This document shows positions 1-15,341 of a DNA stretch of 64,000 nt, one piece after another. Below the pieces are notes generated by a model. The model saw nothing but the letters and a program-made list of their open reading frames with translations. It made no database searches and was not told the origin of the DNA. Positions within the stretch are counted from its first letter, which is position 1; each line of letters opens with the position of its first letter. Location of the stretch: NCBI GenBank assembly GCA_000182565.2, contig KQ257451.1; one strand, given 5' to 3'. Origin of the DNA: Spizellomyces punctatus DAOM BR117 (Eukaryota). A program made the translations under genes and the position numbers.

Positions 1-2094
1 TGCATACTAGAAATGGAGTTGCCCCATAAGAGAAAGTTGTTTTCCCATGCTCGGCCTTGCTAAAATTTCGGATTGCAAGTTCCAGAGTCCTACGGTTCTC
101 GGTCAACTTCAAGGGAGTGATAGCAACGTTGTTGGAGGTCCCCATGACCAAGAGGTCTGACTGGGAAGCGGCAGATCTCAAGCTGCTCAAAGAGGGCTGG
201 AGGTCTGATCGCGACAGTCACATGGGCTTGCTTACGTTCCCATCGCCCGCTGTTGCAAAGCGTGATATCTAAACGGGCATCAATCCTGTAGGCTACATGA
301 ATTGTCTTTCCACTGGTATTTTCCAACACATTTCTTCAGTGAATTGTTCCTGGCTCTATTCACATACCGGTGGACCTTTTATCCAGAATTTCTGCGTTGA
401 TGCTCTCCCATCTCCCTCCCTCAGCCCACTGGTTTCGGTGTTATGAGCCTCATCATCCAACTCTACCAAAACCCTTCAATGATTTCTCCTTTTCCTTATC
501 ATTGAGCTAAAAGATGCATGTCAATATGTAGAAGGTCTCACCGAGTTTTTGGTTAACCCCTTCCTTACTCAGCTGTCACCATCGGCCCCTTCCACCATGG
601 TAGCTACGTTGAAGATTGACCCACAGATGCAGTGACACTATTTGTTAGATGGCTTAATCTTGTCTATACATTCCTGCGTTCAGCTTACTTGCTGGCTTAT
701 GTATCTGAAGACAGTGTACAGAGAGGCAACGGTATATATTTGTGGAGCGACACAGGACTGCCTACGAATTCTTATAGAAGGCTGGTTAGTCTATCCAGGC
801 TACCCGGATATGGATGCGAGATTTTGTGACGATTGATGCTTGTACTGAACGACCGGCGATCCTCTTTGTTGGAGAATCGTAAGTTTGTTCGAGGTCAAGG
901 GAGACAAAATGCCTTTAGCACTCGTCTTGACTTTTGTCCTTTGTATTCAAAGCATGCCTAAGAATCACCACTTGGCTTTGATGATGCTGATTTTTACAGC
1001 TCTCAGCGATCTATCAGGATGTTGGGCTTATCATTCTTCTCTCGCTTCTTTTTTCCTACTTGCTTTTGTTTCTGGTTTCTTTTCTGTTTCTGTTTGTTTG
1101 GTTTCATGTTTGTACCGGTTAGGACACTAAATGCAGCAGGTGTCCTTGTCAATAGGGGTTGCTGACTGCCCGAAGCATACTCTCATCTTGCACATGTTGA
1201 CGATACTCCTCCCTATAATGAGGATCTTGCATGGATGAGTAACAGGAAAATCGAGCCAGACACACTTTTATCCCTGTAGCGAGTGTCAACTTTGGGCAAG
1301 CTATGATGTGAGGAGGAGAATAGTCAATTTTTACCATGATATGGCTAGGTGTCGTAAGCTGTCGTCTAACCTGCTTTCCCTGCCCCAACCGAGGTCCCCC
1401 GTGTTTCTCTTCGAGCTGGCAATGTGGCTGCTTCCCTGGCGCTGCTTACTGGCTTTCCAGTACCGCAACAGCAAAACTTGCTGATCGCAGACATATCCAT
1501 ATGACCGAAGGGTAGGGCGGCTGGTGGGACTATTTGTGCCTAGGAGTGCTTTCTTTTGTTGCGGATGGCGATAAGTTCATACTCGTAAACTCGATCAGGA
1601 CATCCTCAGCATTCGATTCGAACTCCCTTTACAATAGGTTCCTCTGATACCATTGTGTTAACATAGGTCATGGAGGCCGTTGGTTGAGAATGGCACTTCT
1701 CAACATCAATGGTGCTTTTCTCCTCCCTGCGCAGCATTGAACTGTCGAGAAAAGGCCTGCAGAACGGTCAAAACCCTTGGGCAAGCGCTGGAAATAGTGC
1801 TTTGCGAAACAAAATAGACGACTGGTTCGCGATTTCAACAGGTAGAGAGACGGAAAAGCGTTGAAATGGGTGTATGGCAGGTGGTTAAATGATGGCCTTT
1901 CCGCTGATTGCTGTAGGAATTCGGAATTGCCTGCATGATATACATAATACCATCACCCACAGAACCATTTTTGGAAATCTTGCAGTATATCTGTGGAACT
2001 ACGACTAGTAAACACTGCGATGCAATATTTTTGCTGTAATTCTGCAATTCCAACTGACCACCTGCTGCTGATTTTGACAGTATGCTCCAGCCTG

Positions 2095-2345
2095 TCAGCA
2101 ATCGGCTGATGCAAAGAAAATCACAATCAAGAGTCGTTTTTGTCCAGGAGGGATTTTTTCATTGCAAGCAATTAGGCTCATGCAACAAGCTAATAAATGT
2201 CTCCGGCATTCACTCTCATCCCTCTGGTAGAAGAGTCCACCACCTGAAGTAAAGTCAACCACGCCAAGGAGAATGCCGAAATCATCCAACTGATTCTTGA
2301 CATCATAATGGTACTAACAAAATAGGTGTGTTGAAGAAATAGGAG
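2095..2345 (-). pseudogene. Possible degenerate 2OG-Fe(II) dioxygenase (TET/JBP-like) fragment
   Basis: Minus strand reads YHYDVKNQLDDFGILLGVVDFTSGGGLF...SLIACNEKIPPGQKRLLIVIFF: an HxD motif, a Gly-rich strand and a distal Arg. It is flanked by stops and a frameshift, with no intact gene model. Confidence 0.25.
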
Positions 2346-2530
2346 CTTGATTTGGGTGATCTCTTCCCTTAAAGATGGGTTCTAAACTATAGCCAAATCA
2401 TTTTCAGTGTAACATTCGACAGTTTGAACTTTTTCCGGATGCGATGTTTATTTTACAGCCGAGTTGGTACATGTGCATCTATCTAAATAAAAGCCGAAAA
2501 TAAACAGATGTGATTCTCCTTGCGTCCTTT

Positions 2531-5500
2531 TCACAGCTCATCGTGTCCCCCTGCTTCTGTTTGGCCCTCCGGTTGTTCCTGTCGCGTAGTCTCCTTCTCC
2601 GCAGGCTCTTCAGACCCCTTAGGATTTTGGTCTTCCTCGGCCGCACCTGTAGGCGTCGAGGTAGGTGTTGTGCTTGAAGTCGATGTTGAAGCCTTGGGAC
2701 TTGGCTTTCGCTTCTTGGGTTTAGCCAACAGCTTTGACATCTCCTTTGTTATCTCCTGGGCTTTGGTCGAGAGATCGTTTGAAAGCAAGATAGGATGCTC
2801 GTGGGGTGCGAGCTTTGCCTGTTCCGCTTGTTTCGTACCCAGCCACTCTTCAGCTGCCGTTATGAGACTCTCGAATCTAGTCAATTCATTCTCGGTGAAC
2901 CGGCTCTCGTCGTCTGCTGTTAAATTTCTAAAGGATTTCAGGATGCTTTTGGCTGCGGATATCGCTGCCTGGAAGCCAGTAACTGCCTCTCCCCGCTTGC
3001 GATATTCACTCCGCTTGAAGAAAAGCGGCTCATGGACGTCCATTAGTACTTTGAGCCGAGACTTAAGATCCTCGGTAGGCGCTACGTCCGCCTCTTCGTA
3101 GAGCCAATCTGACATCTCGTCAAGTTTCTCCTTGAATGCCAGCCGTTCATCCTCGGTTGTGGTAAGTTCCACCTCATCATCGTAGAGGAATTCTTTGCTA
3201 CTGTAAACGAACGCTTCTAGACTATTCCTGGCTTCTTCACGCGCACGCTTTTCGGCGTCCGCACGGTCAAGAGCGGCAAGTCTTCAAAATGTCCAGGGTC
3301 AGCCATGGTACACACTGGTAACATAGCTGCATTGTAGCACATACTTTTTCTTGGCTTCTGCCTTGTACTCTTCGTCTATGGGCTTAATGGTTTCCCACTC
3401 GATGGTAATCGGAAGCTTTACTGTTTCAATTGTAATCTTCACGGCTGGCACGGTGCTGTTTGCTGTATCGGTTTCGGCATCTGGTGAGTCCGACTTCGCT
3501 TCTTCAGGCTTCTGCTCTTCTTCGCCTTCTTTTTTCTGCATGTGAAGTATGTAAGTGTTTGAATTCAGGCTGAAATATATTTGTTACGAACCTCTGCATT
3601 TTCGCCACTGCCGTTATCTTTCTTTCCCGTAAAGAAATTCATGACCGTATCTGTGCTGACTCGGTTATCTTCCAGTGAACGAGGACTGACAGCTTGCTTT
3701 CGCAATACCTCTAAGAGATGGACCATCCTTGGTGTCCTTGTCCGTCTGCTCCACCTCGAACTGGGCGGTAGCTTCGCCAACGGAAACGAGTCCCGACTCG
3801 GTCAGCTCAATTAAAGACTTGACTTTGGGATCCCCAAAAGCACGATTCTTGAACTTGTCGACTGCGTCAGTAACACCGCCGACATGTGCGCGGAGAATGA
3901 CAGGCTTATTGCCAGTTCTGTTGGTTGAAAACGGTCAAATTTCTGACCGAGTGCCAATCCATGTTCTCCCAAACATACTTGTATGCGAGTTCATAATCAA
4001 AATCCGTTTTCCGCTTGAAATTCATCAATTTCTTGGCGCCTAGAACCGTCTTGTTGCTAAAGAGAGTTGTCCGGAAAGTGCGGTTCGCTGCATCCTCTAT
4101 AGGTCAAGGCTCCGTTCAGAATAATCATATGCGAGTAAAGTGTCTAGGTATGTATGTACTCGACCGACCTTTTGGTTCCGCATCGTATACCACTTCAATG
4201 GGATGGATATTGATGTCCTTGACACGGATTTCCTTGACCCTAAATTGCCTGCTAAGAGTAGCAGCCTCGAGTCCTGCTCCCATTACTGCAGCTTCATCGG
4301 CGTTCACATTTTTCGCAATCTTCTCTTCGCCCACCAGATCAATCAGCGCAGCTTGAATGAACGGGATTCTGCCGCCTCCACCCACTAGTACCAGTGAGTC
4401 AATGTCTGCAACGGTCAAATTTGCCTGCGCCAGAACCGATTTCACAGGATCCTGAACTCTGCTCTTCACATCGTTTGATATATCTTCCAGCGTAGATCGC
4501 GTGACTAGTACCTTGAAATCGAGATCTTCCATGAGGCCCTCGACAGATGAGATTGTTTCCTGGTTTGCACTTAAAATCTGCTTGACACGGTTGGCTTCCT
4601 TTAATAGTTTAGCCATAGCTCTAGAGTCTTGGAACACATCGCCTTTGAGCTTGTCGCCGGCCTTCTTTGCAAACTGTTCCGCGAGATGCTGCTGCAGCTT
4701 CACATCGACCGAGTGGCCACCCAGACTGGCATCGTAACCAGTCGCTTTCACTTCCAATTCGGTAACGTTTCTGGCGCCTTTCTTTGGCTCTACACTTTGG
4801 AATTTGACTAGTGCCGCCACAGTGCCTCCAGCGCCCATGTCGTAGAAGATATGATACTGCGGATGCGGGAAAGACCGACCGCTCGCGTAATTCAAAGCGA
4901 CTAGGACAATGGTTAGACTCATGACCAAGGTTCGAGTGGCTCAAAGTTTGCATCGTACCAGCAGTTTCGTCATTCATCAACATCAAGACGCGCAGACCTG
5001 CCAGCTCAGCTGCGTCTAGTAAAGCCCTGCGCTCAAAATGTCCCCAATAAGGTGGAACCTACAGCAACAGTTTCAAATAAACATTGATTCGATTGTCTTC
5101 AAAGTGGCAACCGACACCCACCGTGATAACAGCTCCAGTAACTACTTCTCCACCAGCAACTTCTGCCTGGTGCTTTGCTTGCGCCAATTGCATGGCGACG
5201 AGCTCCTCTACTGTGTACACAGTTTTATCATCGTATTTAAACGCCACCGTACCCCGTTTTGCATCTTTGACCATGGAGTTGGTGAACGTCTTTCGATATT
5301 CTTCTGCTATGGGGTCATCATAGAGCTTTCCGAGGAGGTTCTTCAAAGCGCCGTACGTATCTTGGGGGAATCGAGTTGCCTATTTATTCCAAATATTTCA
5401 AAGAATAACATAAATATGGATGTCTTGCGGGAGCCGTTTACAACCGGAAATGTCCTACCAACGACACGGCATCAGACCCATATCGTCTATCACCATCGCG

Positions 5501-5704
5501 AACTAACACAATGGCTGGTGTTTTCCGTTTGGACTCGGCATTTAGAACAATATCAAGAGGTATGCCTGGCTTTACAATGGACACTTTGAACCAATCTGTG
5601 CCATAGTCAATCCCAATTACGGCGGCCGATGCTGGTTGCAATGATGCAACGAGGATGCATAATCCTATTCCCCACAAGGCGAATATAGGATATAGAAACC
5701 GCAT
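2531..5704 (-). CDS. LHS1: ER lumenal Hsp70-family chaperone / nucleotide exchange factor (Lhs1/GRP170/HYOU1), multi-exon
   Basis: Signal peptide followed by AVIGIDYGTDWFKV, ESKRKTP, YDMGAG, LVGGGGRIP and NADEAAVMGA motifs. Ends in the ER-retention signal HDEL. Confidence 0.95.
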
Positions 5705-5828
5705 TGCCCTAGTTTGAAGAGGGGGTCAACACGCCAGAGGGTTGCGTTATGAAGAGATGAAAGCAAGATCTCGCTCAGTGCCCTCCCGTTGGCAACAAGT
5801 CGAGTATGACTCATGCGAGGCAGGACGC

Positions 5829-5849
5829 GACGTGGCGGTTTCTCGATGG
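5829..5849 (-). promoter_or_regulatory. Candidate UPR element (CC-N12-CCACG, GACGTGG core) upstream of LHS1
   Basis: Minus strand reads CCATC-N9-CCACGTC about 125 nt upstream of the ATG. A second GACGTGG lies at 5924-5930. Confidence 0.35.
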
Positions 5850-6315
5850 CCTTCCATGGGCACAGGAACACCCAAAACCATTTGTTTGAATGAACGACAG
5901 GTCTTTGTTACGACGTTAACGACGACGTGGTGATGAACCATGCAAGATCAGATCATTGCTTGGTCTTCTCAGCCTGAGGATTTCCTTCGTTCTTGATATG
6001 GTGAGTTATGCCGCCAGACAACTTCCATGTACGTAATTGAACCTTGATTCGCTGGCTCATCGTTGGGAAGCGAGGTTTAAGATGGAAAGTGCGCTGTATT
6101 TCCCGATACGATTCAGGAATCGGGATTTGCTGTCAGAGGCTGTCAGATGGATCTTTTCATAGCAAAAAAAATAATGTACAAAAGAACCTATGCTAGATAG
6201 TGCTAAATGCAGCAATATCAACAAAAAACAACAGCAATCGAATACACTCTTCGTCAATGCAGATCTTATAGTCATGGTCGTAATTCATCACTCTCGCATA
6301 ACCAACTAGGAATAA

Positions 6316-7536
6316 TCATGCAATGTCCGCAACAGCCCCTGCGGGGGGACCTGGGAAATCTTTCTTTAATCCAACGACCCTCAGAACCTTGTTAGCCGTT
6401 CCTTTCAAAATCCCTGGTTTTTCGGTGACAGGTTTTTTTGCAATCTCCATCTCTGCAAACTCCCCTATACGCACAGGAAACATTTCCAAGAACCCAGTTC
6501 GTTTCTGGTACCTTGCCAATTTGAGCGCAATCCGCCACTCTACGACGCTCAGTTCTGCACGGAGAATACCGTAGAGCTGATGATGAGTTATAGGTTCGAT
6601 AGGGAGGTTGGTTTCGAGGGAAGCCGTCGCGTCGTCGATGAGGCTCATGAACCCAGTTGTTGCATGTTCGTAGAGATACGGGGTTTTGGCAACAGGGGCA
6701 TAATAGGCGGCATATGTGAGATAGGTTCGGCAGGAGGGGCAGAGCTGGGTGTTTGGAATCGGAATAATGACAGGCAAATGGGTGCTGTGGGGATCTTCGG
6801 GATGTCGCAAGGGAATAAGGTTCTGCAAAAGTTTCAATGGATAATGTGACAACGTCGAAGGTATATCATGATGACAGATTGTTCAACCTACCTCCAAAAT
6901 ATCCATCAGATCACCCCTGTAACTCGTCAAAGCTCCAATCTTGTTTTCTGAACTCTTTGCACACCTTTTCTTTATTTGTCTTGCAAGTACATCAGGATGA
7001 GGCCGACCAGCCAATTTCAATCCCTTCTTTTTCAACAGCTCCGTTTTGGTTTGAGCTCTTTTCGCGTCTTCTTCCGATATTTCCTGCTTGTTTTCATCCC
7101 ATCCGCCTGTGCGACGGGGCAGGTGTTCGGCTAAGGTTCCTGAAGTAGCAGAATTGCGAAGACCCACAGCAGGATCGGTCGCTGGGTCTGGGGCGGTAGT
7201 CTCCTGTTTAGTATCTTTAGTATCTTTGTTGCTTTGATTGTTTTGACCACCCGTCAGTACGCTCGGAAGCATATTAAGAATGTGGGACGAGTTTTGTTCT
7301 TCCTTTTCAGCCTCTTCCTGTGCTTGGGAGGCAAGTTCTGCCTGCCTCAGTTCCTCTACCTGCTTCCAAATACAGGTGCACGGACCCAGCGTAGTCGGGC
7401 GGGGTGGAATTATGGCAGTTTGAGGCATTTTTTTGTGTGTTGCAGCCAATGGAGAAAATGTGGGAAGCAGCGCTTCTAAAGAAGGATTGGTTTGCTGCAT
7501 ATTATGGACTACTTCCGACAAGGCATTACGTAGCAT
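6316..7536 (-). CDS. Hypothetical protein, two exons
   Basis: ORFs 6883-7539 and 6316-6852 join through a GT(aggt)...gcag intron near 6824-6891. No family recognised and the start is uncertain. Confidence 0.55.
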
Positions 7537-7748
7537 CAAGCTTTGAACGCTTGTCCCTCTTTACATAGCCCTGGGGTGAAAAGTAAAGGGTCCACATGAC
7601 GCCATAAAAACGTCTTCATTTCAAAAGCCTAAGGCCACTTTACGGGAAGTACATGTGCATGATGCACATTACGAACGTTAAACACATCCCAGAGGCGACC
7701 AACCGTCCAAGATCCTACAGCCGTTACAGATACGCCACAAATACAAAC

Positions 7749-9795
7749 TTAATTGAAACCAAAAATAAAACCATTCGACCATCCCGGAAGGTTTATGTCT
7801 TTCTTCCACAAGAAGACAGGCTGCCTAAACGGATTCAGAACCGGTTCTACAGTCAATGGACATCCGATCTGCGCGAGTTGCTTGCCGATGAGTTCTGCGG
7901 TATGCTCCATCTCCTCCGTCATCAAAGTCTTCTGCCCGTTCTCAATCAAAAGTTTCAGTGCCGGCCCCCACGTTGGTGAAGCCAGGAGACCAGAGTTCAT
8001 TATCACCACCAAATCAGGCTTGCCGGTTCCGAATGGTAAACCTTCGGCTTTGTATGCCTCACCGCTATACTGCTCTGGAGAGTACATGCCTGGTCGAAGG
8101 GTTATGAGGATTGTGCTGCCCATCGTTTCATTGCGGATGCCGAGAGTGGCATGGGGTCCTGGAAGGCGGGGGGAAATGGCTGGTGAGATCATGTGGACAG
8201 CAATGTCGGTTTTGGGCAGAAGAGATAGAAGGACTTCAAAGAGAGCAGTGAGATCGGCTTCTTTTTCAGCTCCCAGAAGATGAATAGTTATTTGACGCCG
8301 GCCTAGGTAATGCAAGACCCGTGAGAAATCCATGTTTCATGGCATATCCGGTAGCAAAATCATACCCTCGACTTCCGCAATGTTGTCCAGAGCGTACTTG
8401 TTAATCAAATGCCACAGGGTCATCGGCACTTCCAGGACCAAAGCAGCAGGATCGGACAAGGGAATATTACGAAGCTCATAGAACTTTCTCCACGAGTCAA
8501 TATCTCGTAGATTCGTCCCTTCAGGATAAGGAGCCGATAATGGATAGAGTTGCATGGACAATCCAAATAACTTGAAACGCTCCAGCGGATCCTGAACATT
8601 TGCTACTTGCAGCTGTGCAAGCTGCTGCGCCGCTAGTTCGCCGTATGGGACGTGACTATAGCAGTGGCATAACCGCCGGAAAACCCCTACGTTGTGAACA
8701 TCATTGTGGATGAGGAAATTGACCTGGTTGTAGGCATGAAGTTGTTTTTTGTCGTTGTAATAATCAAACGGGAAGTCATGGCGGTTCTCCTTCTCGATGC
8801 GGGACATGTGCGCTTTGAAAACGGGACATACTTGTTTGTGCGTTGTCCAATCCTTTTTCTATGGTTAAGATATAAAGATTTATTTCGTTAGACACAACAG
8901 TCAGTTCCCTACCAAAACGGCTACGTACCGCGCACTCAGGGCCGCAATAAATTATAGCTTTGCAAGCACTGCATTGACTGGCCTTTCCTTCAATCTCCTT
9001 CTTGCACACAAAACATCCGCGTTCCGGCGCCGAGATGAAGACAGGTTTCCCATTTTCGTCCAAGTTTGCTGGTTTCTGAGCAGCTGACTGCTTTGCTGTT
9101 TGCTCCTGTCGCTTTTTTGCATATTCTGCAATTTCGGATGATAGCTGCTCAGCAGCGCCAACCTTTACGTCGAACTTTTTCATTCGCTTGGCGACATCGG
9201 CCACAACGTCATTAGAGCATTGCCGGCTATGCAGGAAGGCAGCAATACGGGGGCGATGAACCGGCTGCTCATCCATTGGACGTGCCATTGCCTTGACCAG
9301 GACAGCAGCAATCTGGATGGCAGTGGCCTTCTTTTGACCAGAAGGGAGTGTTTCAAATGCGCGCAATACACCATCTTCAGATACAGCTATGGCCCTTCCA
9401 CTAACTCCCACGTCAAACAACTCATCAACAATCGGGGCATCGACGGCAGCTTCCGTGAGCTCCTCTGCCTCCTCAACAAGGGACTTTGGTCTCCAGTTTG
9501 CCAGAGCATTGACCTGCAATATAATGCGAATCTATCAGTCACAATGTCTGTATCGTTCCAGAATCTTGCGACAGCTAACCTTTTTCTCTCCCATGAGACT
9601 CTTCACCAATATCCAAAGCAGTGTTGGCATTATCAGCGTTCCGAGTAGTGCACCTGCCACATGGGGTAACTCGTCTATCGCTTTGGCTGGATCCGTAGAT
9701 AAGTGAGTAATGAATAAGAAAAAGTCGTCCAGCAGAGACGCTGTGCTGCCAGTTGCGTTTGTTCCATTGAGTGGAACATCTTCGAAGCTGGCCAT
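7749..9795 (-). CDS. MYND zinc finger protein with MSS51-like C-terminal domain and N-terminal hydrophobic segment
   Basis: Spliced CFVC..CSAC..YCGPEC/KKDWTTHKQVC forms a MYND finger. The C-terminus has IHLLGAEKE, KPDLVVIMNSG and NPFRQP...NGF, typical of MSS51-like domains. Confidence 0.8.
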
Positions 9796-10282
9796 CTTTC
9801 ACAATCTGACCCCACACTAAGAATACCACCCAAGGGCTGGAAGATAAAAAGGGCGCTGACGGCCAGGCAAGTTGGAGGTCAACATTCCCCACCACGTGAT
9901 GCGGCTTAGTATATAGAACAATCGACTGAAATTCAACAGCGCCCATGAGTCGTCGTTGTCGTCGTCCTCGTTGCCGTTGCCATTATGTTTTTCGTCGTCG
10001 TCGTCGTCGCAATTGTCATGCTATGTTTATGAATAAAATAAATCCATCTTGTACATAAAAATGAAAGTCCGTTGAATTTCGAGTCCCAAAAATGGCTTCT
10101 TCCAGAGGCGGCGCCACGCGTTGATCCCAAAATCCAGTCGCCCTTTTCACGCGCTATTTAACGCTCTTCCTTTCATAATTGCCGTTTGTTTGAGCATCCC
10201 TTTTTCTCATCCCACTCATCGTTAGAACAGCTGCTTTGTTAGCTGGCTCCCATTTCACAGGCTTAGAACCGTACTTTTGAAC

Positions 10283-12617
<2,335 letters not shown>

Positions 12618-14137
12618 AGAAGAAAAATAGGTTAATATTGTTGCGGTGGGAGTGGCAAGTTGTTGTATGGGGGGACTATTTTCAATGTTGATTATCTGGG
12701 TCAATGAAAAATCTTGCTTGCCAGTGCAAATGTCGTTGACGGAATTCGAACTCGCCATTCCAATGGTTTTTTTTTCTTTCACAAGCCACATCCTTTCACG
12801 TGTGGACTATAAATGCTCGCCCCAACCGCTTTCCGTTCTGCTTTCTTTATCCAACCAATTACACACAGTGATGATGAGCGCGAGAATCTCCTAGTCCTCC
12901 GGGTGCAAGCCTGTGGTTAGGATTGTGAGAGAGAAGTGCGCTGCCCAAAATAACTTGTTACATGGTGCGCACTGGTCGTCTCTGAGCTGGTTACCCCAGC
13001 AGCACACGGATTGCAGTAAAAAGGTGAGTTGACGTGTTTTGAACGAGTAGTGGTAGAGATGGACTAGTGGGAGGGGATGACCATGCATACTCCGACGAAT
13101 ACAATGGGGAATTGCATTTTATTATAGACTACAGACGGTATCTGATCCCAGAGAGATGGTGGACTCTGACGAGGGAGCAATGGGTTTTTATGAATATTGA
13201 ACTCATGTCCCTTTTTGTTTTTTGTTTAGTGTTTTTGTGTGGACTCGATTTGTTCAGAGCGGGGTAAGAAGGCATTTGCGTGGTGTTGGCCCTTTGAATT
13301 CAATCCACTGCCAGCGGCACAAATCTTTTTGCTGTGCACTGTTTGGCTGTGTGCACTGGATTGTGTAAGAGGGCCTGATTCCATGGATCCAGAGGCCAAG
13401 GCATGGCCGCCAGTCTGCAATGCATGATTGTTTGTTTGTTGTCGTTCCAATGAGCTCTCGCAGCCTATCCACACCATACATGACGTTCATTGTCAAACCA
13501 CAAAATCTGATGCTGGGTGCTTGTAACTAGTGGTGATCCATGTTTGTCAAAAGATTGCAGTTATGACTTGCGTTGACCCCATCTGTCTTGTCCATTACCG
13601 CCATCACTTACCGCCCGTGGCCTCCAGTGATTCCCCCATGGCCATGTTCTGTTTATGGACTGGCTATGCCTTTTCCTCTTTGTTTTATGAATCGCATGGC
13701 ATACAAACGAGCTCTTTTCTACTCTTCTAGTTGCTTTGTAGTTACTGTTATTTCATTTGTGTGCTCAAGATGCACTTTCATGACGTTTTCAATTTCTTTT
13801 ATTTTTTAATTTGAACAGAATGGTTCAATTGAAAGGAGAGGAGGGGTTAATACGCGCAAGACACGCATGGAGTCTGAAATTAACTAACGCGTTATTCTCC
13901 CCCCTTGTGGATCTCCTCCTCCCCTCCTCCTCCCTCCTCCCTCCTCGCAGCTCTTTTGCTCTTGGGTTTTCTGTCCTCTTTATCCTCGCCTTTTTGTGCA
14001 CGACTCTTTCGCTCCCTCTCACAGCAGACAAGGGAAACTCCAGTCGAGAGGACAAAAAGAGCGACAAAAACCCAACGAAGCGCGCGGTCATTAGCATCTC
14101 CGACGGGGAGTAGCAGATCGCAAACTGACAAGAGATC

Positions 14138-15341
14138 ATGTTTTCCTACTTTTCGTCTTCTTTGGACTGCGTCGCCCCAATCAATACAGGTGCAGCATGT
14201 TTCGGAAAGAGCGTCCCTCTCTCGCCGCCGTCTTGCGACAAAACTACGCGCGGAAACGTAGACGGGAAGGCTGCCAAGCGGGGGAACGGGGAGAGCTATA
14301 CCGAGAGGGAGGATATTGTCGAGAGCGGTGAGTTTGAAGAATATGTCATGGAGATTGTAGGAGTTATGCACGAGGCGGAGGTGAGTGTGTTTTATTCAGA
14401 TCTTAAAAATGCGCAGTCATTGACATGTCGATCTGAATAGGAACGGACACTCCCGGACCCTTATTACATGCACTCTCAAACAGAGCTCACTTGGCAAATG
14501 CGCGAAGCGCTCATCATATGGCTCATTCAAGTTCACTCCGAGTACGATCTTCGCCCTGAAACTCTCTTTCTCAATATCAACATCATGGACCGAATCTGCT
14601 CCACGCGGCTCGTCACAAAAGACCAGTATCAACTTTTGGGTATAGCTGCCCTCTGGGTGGCAGCCAAATACGAAGAAAACCACGGTCGCGTACCATCCCT
14701 GAAGAATCTTTCTTTCATCTGCATGCATCGGTATCGCGAAAAGGACTTTGTTCGGACGGAACGACTCATTCTGAAAACTCTTGAATTCGACCTCAACTAT
14801 CCCACGTGCGAATCCTTTCTTCGGAGTCACTGCAAGTTCTTGTGCCATGTGGGACCGGAAACGCGCGCAGTGGCCAGATATCTGATGGAGCTGGGTTTAG
14901 TGGCTCCCAATGGATTCTTTGTGGGCAAGAGATCTAGCATGATTGCGACGGCGAGCTTGGTATTGGCTGAAATGATTATGGGTAATGGTGGAATGTATCC
15001 CTTGGCGCCGAGGAGCCAAAAGGACATTGAAGTTATTGATTGCATCAACGTTTTGGCGCAATGTGCTGGGAAACCTTGTGATGTTATCAGATTCAAGGTA
15101 AGATTGTTAATCTCATGCACAAGGACAGCTGGAAACACAATACTAACAATATAAAACCTCACAGTACGCGGAACAACGATACTGCTGTGCCAGTGACATT
15201 GTACAGTCTTGGATCCTACGCACTCGCACTGCTTCATTTCAGCCCACCATTCACCCTCCTCCAGGCCTTCTAACACCTCCGAAAGAACCTGTGGCATGCG
15301 ATTACCACTCTGCATCGGCCACAGCAGCCGTTCGCGTCTGA
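14138..15341 (+). CDS. Cyclin (cyclin box; probably G1/S Puc1/Cln-like)
   Basis: MREALIIWLIQVH..ETLFL..IMDR..YQLLGIAALWVAAKYEE..ERLILKTLEFDLNYPT. Introns at ~14381-14440 and ~15098-15163. C-terminal TPPK. Confidence 0.9.

Noticed and set aside
9948-10010. (GTC)n-like tract in the MYND/GFA1 intergenic region
   Set aside because: A short degenerate microsatellite with no spacer structure; it is not a CRISPR-like array.
13811-14113. 100-aa ORF ending just upstream of the cyclin start (possible uORF)
   Set aside because: Its ATG probably lies upstream of the transcription start, and the frame is low-complexity promoter/UTR sequence.
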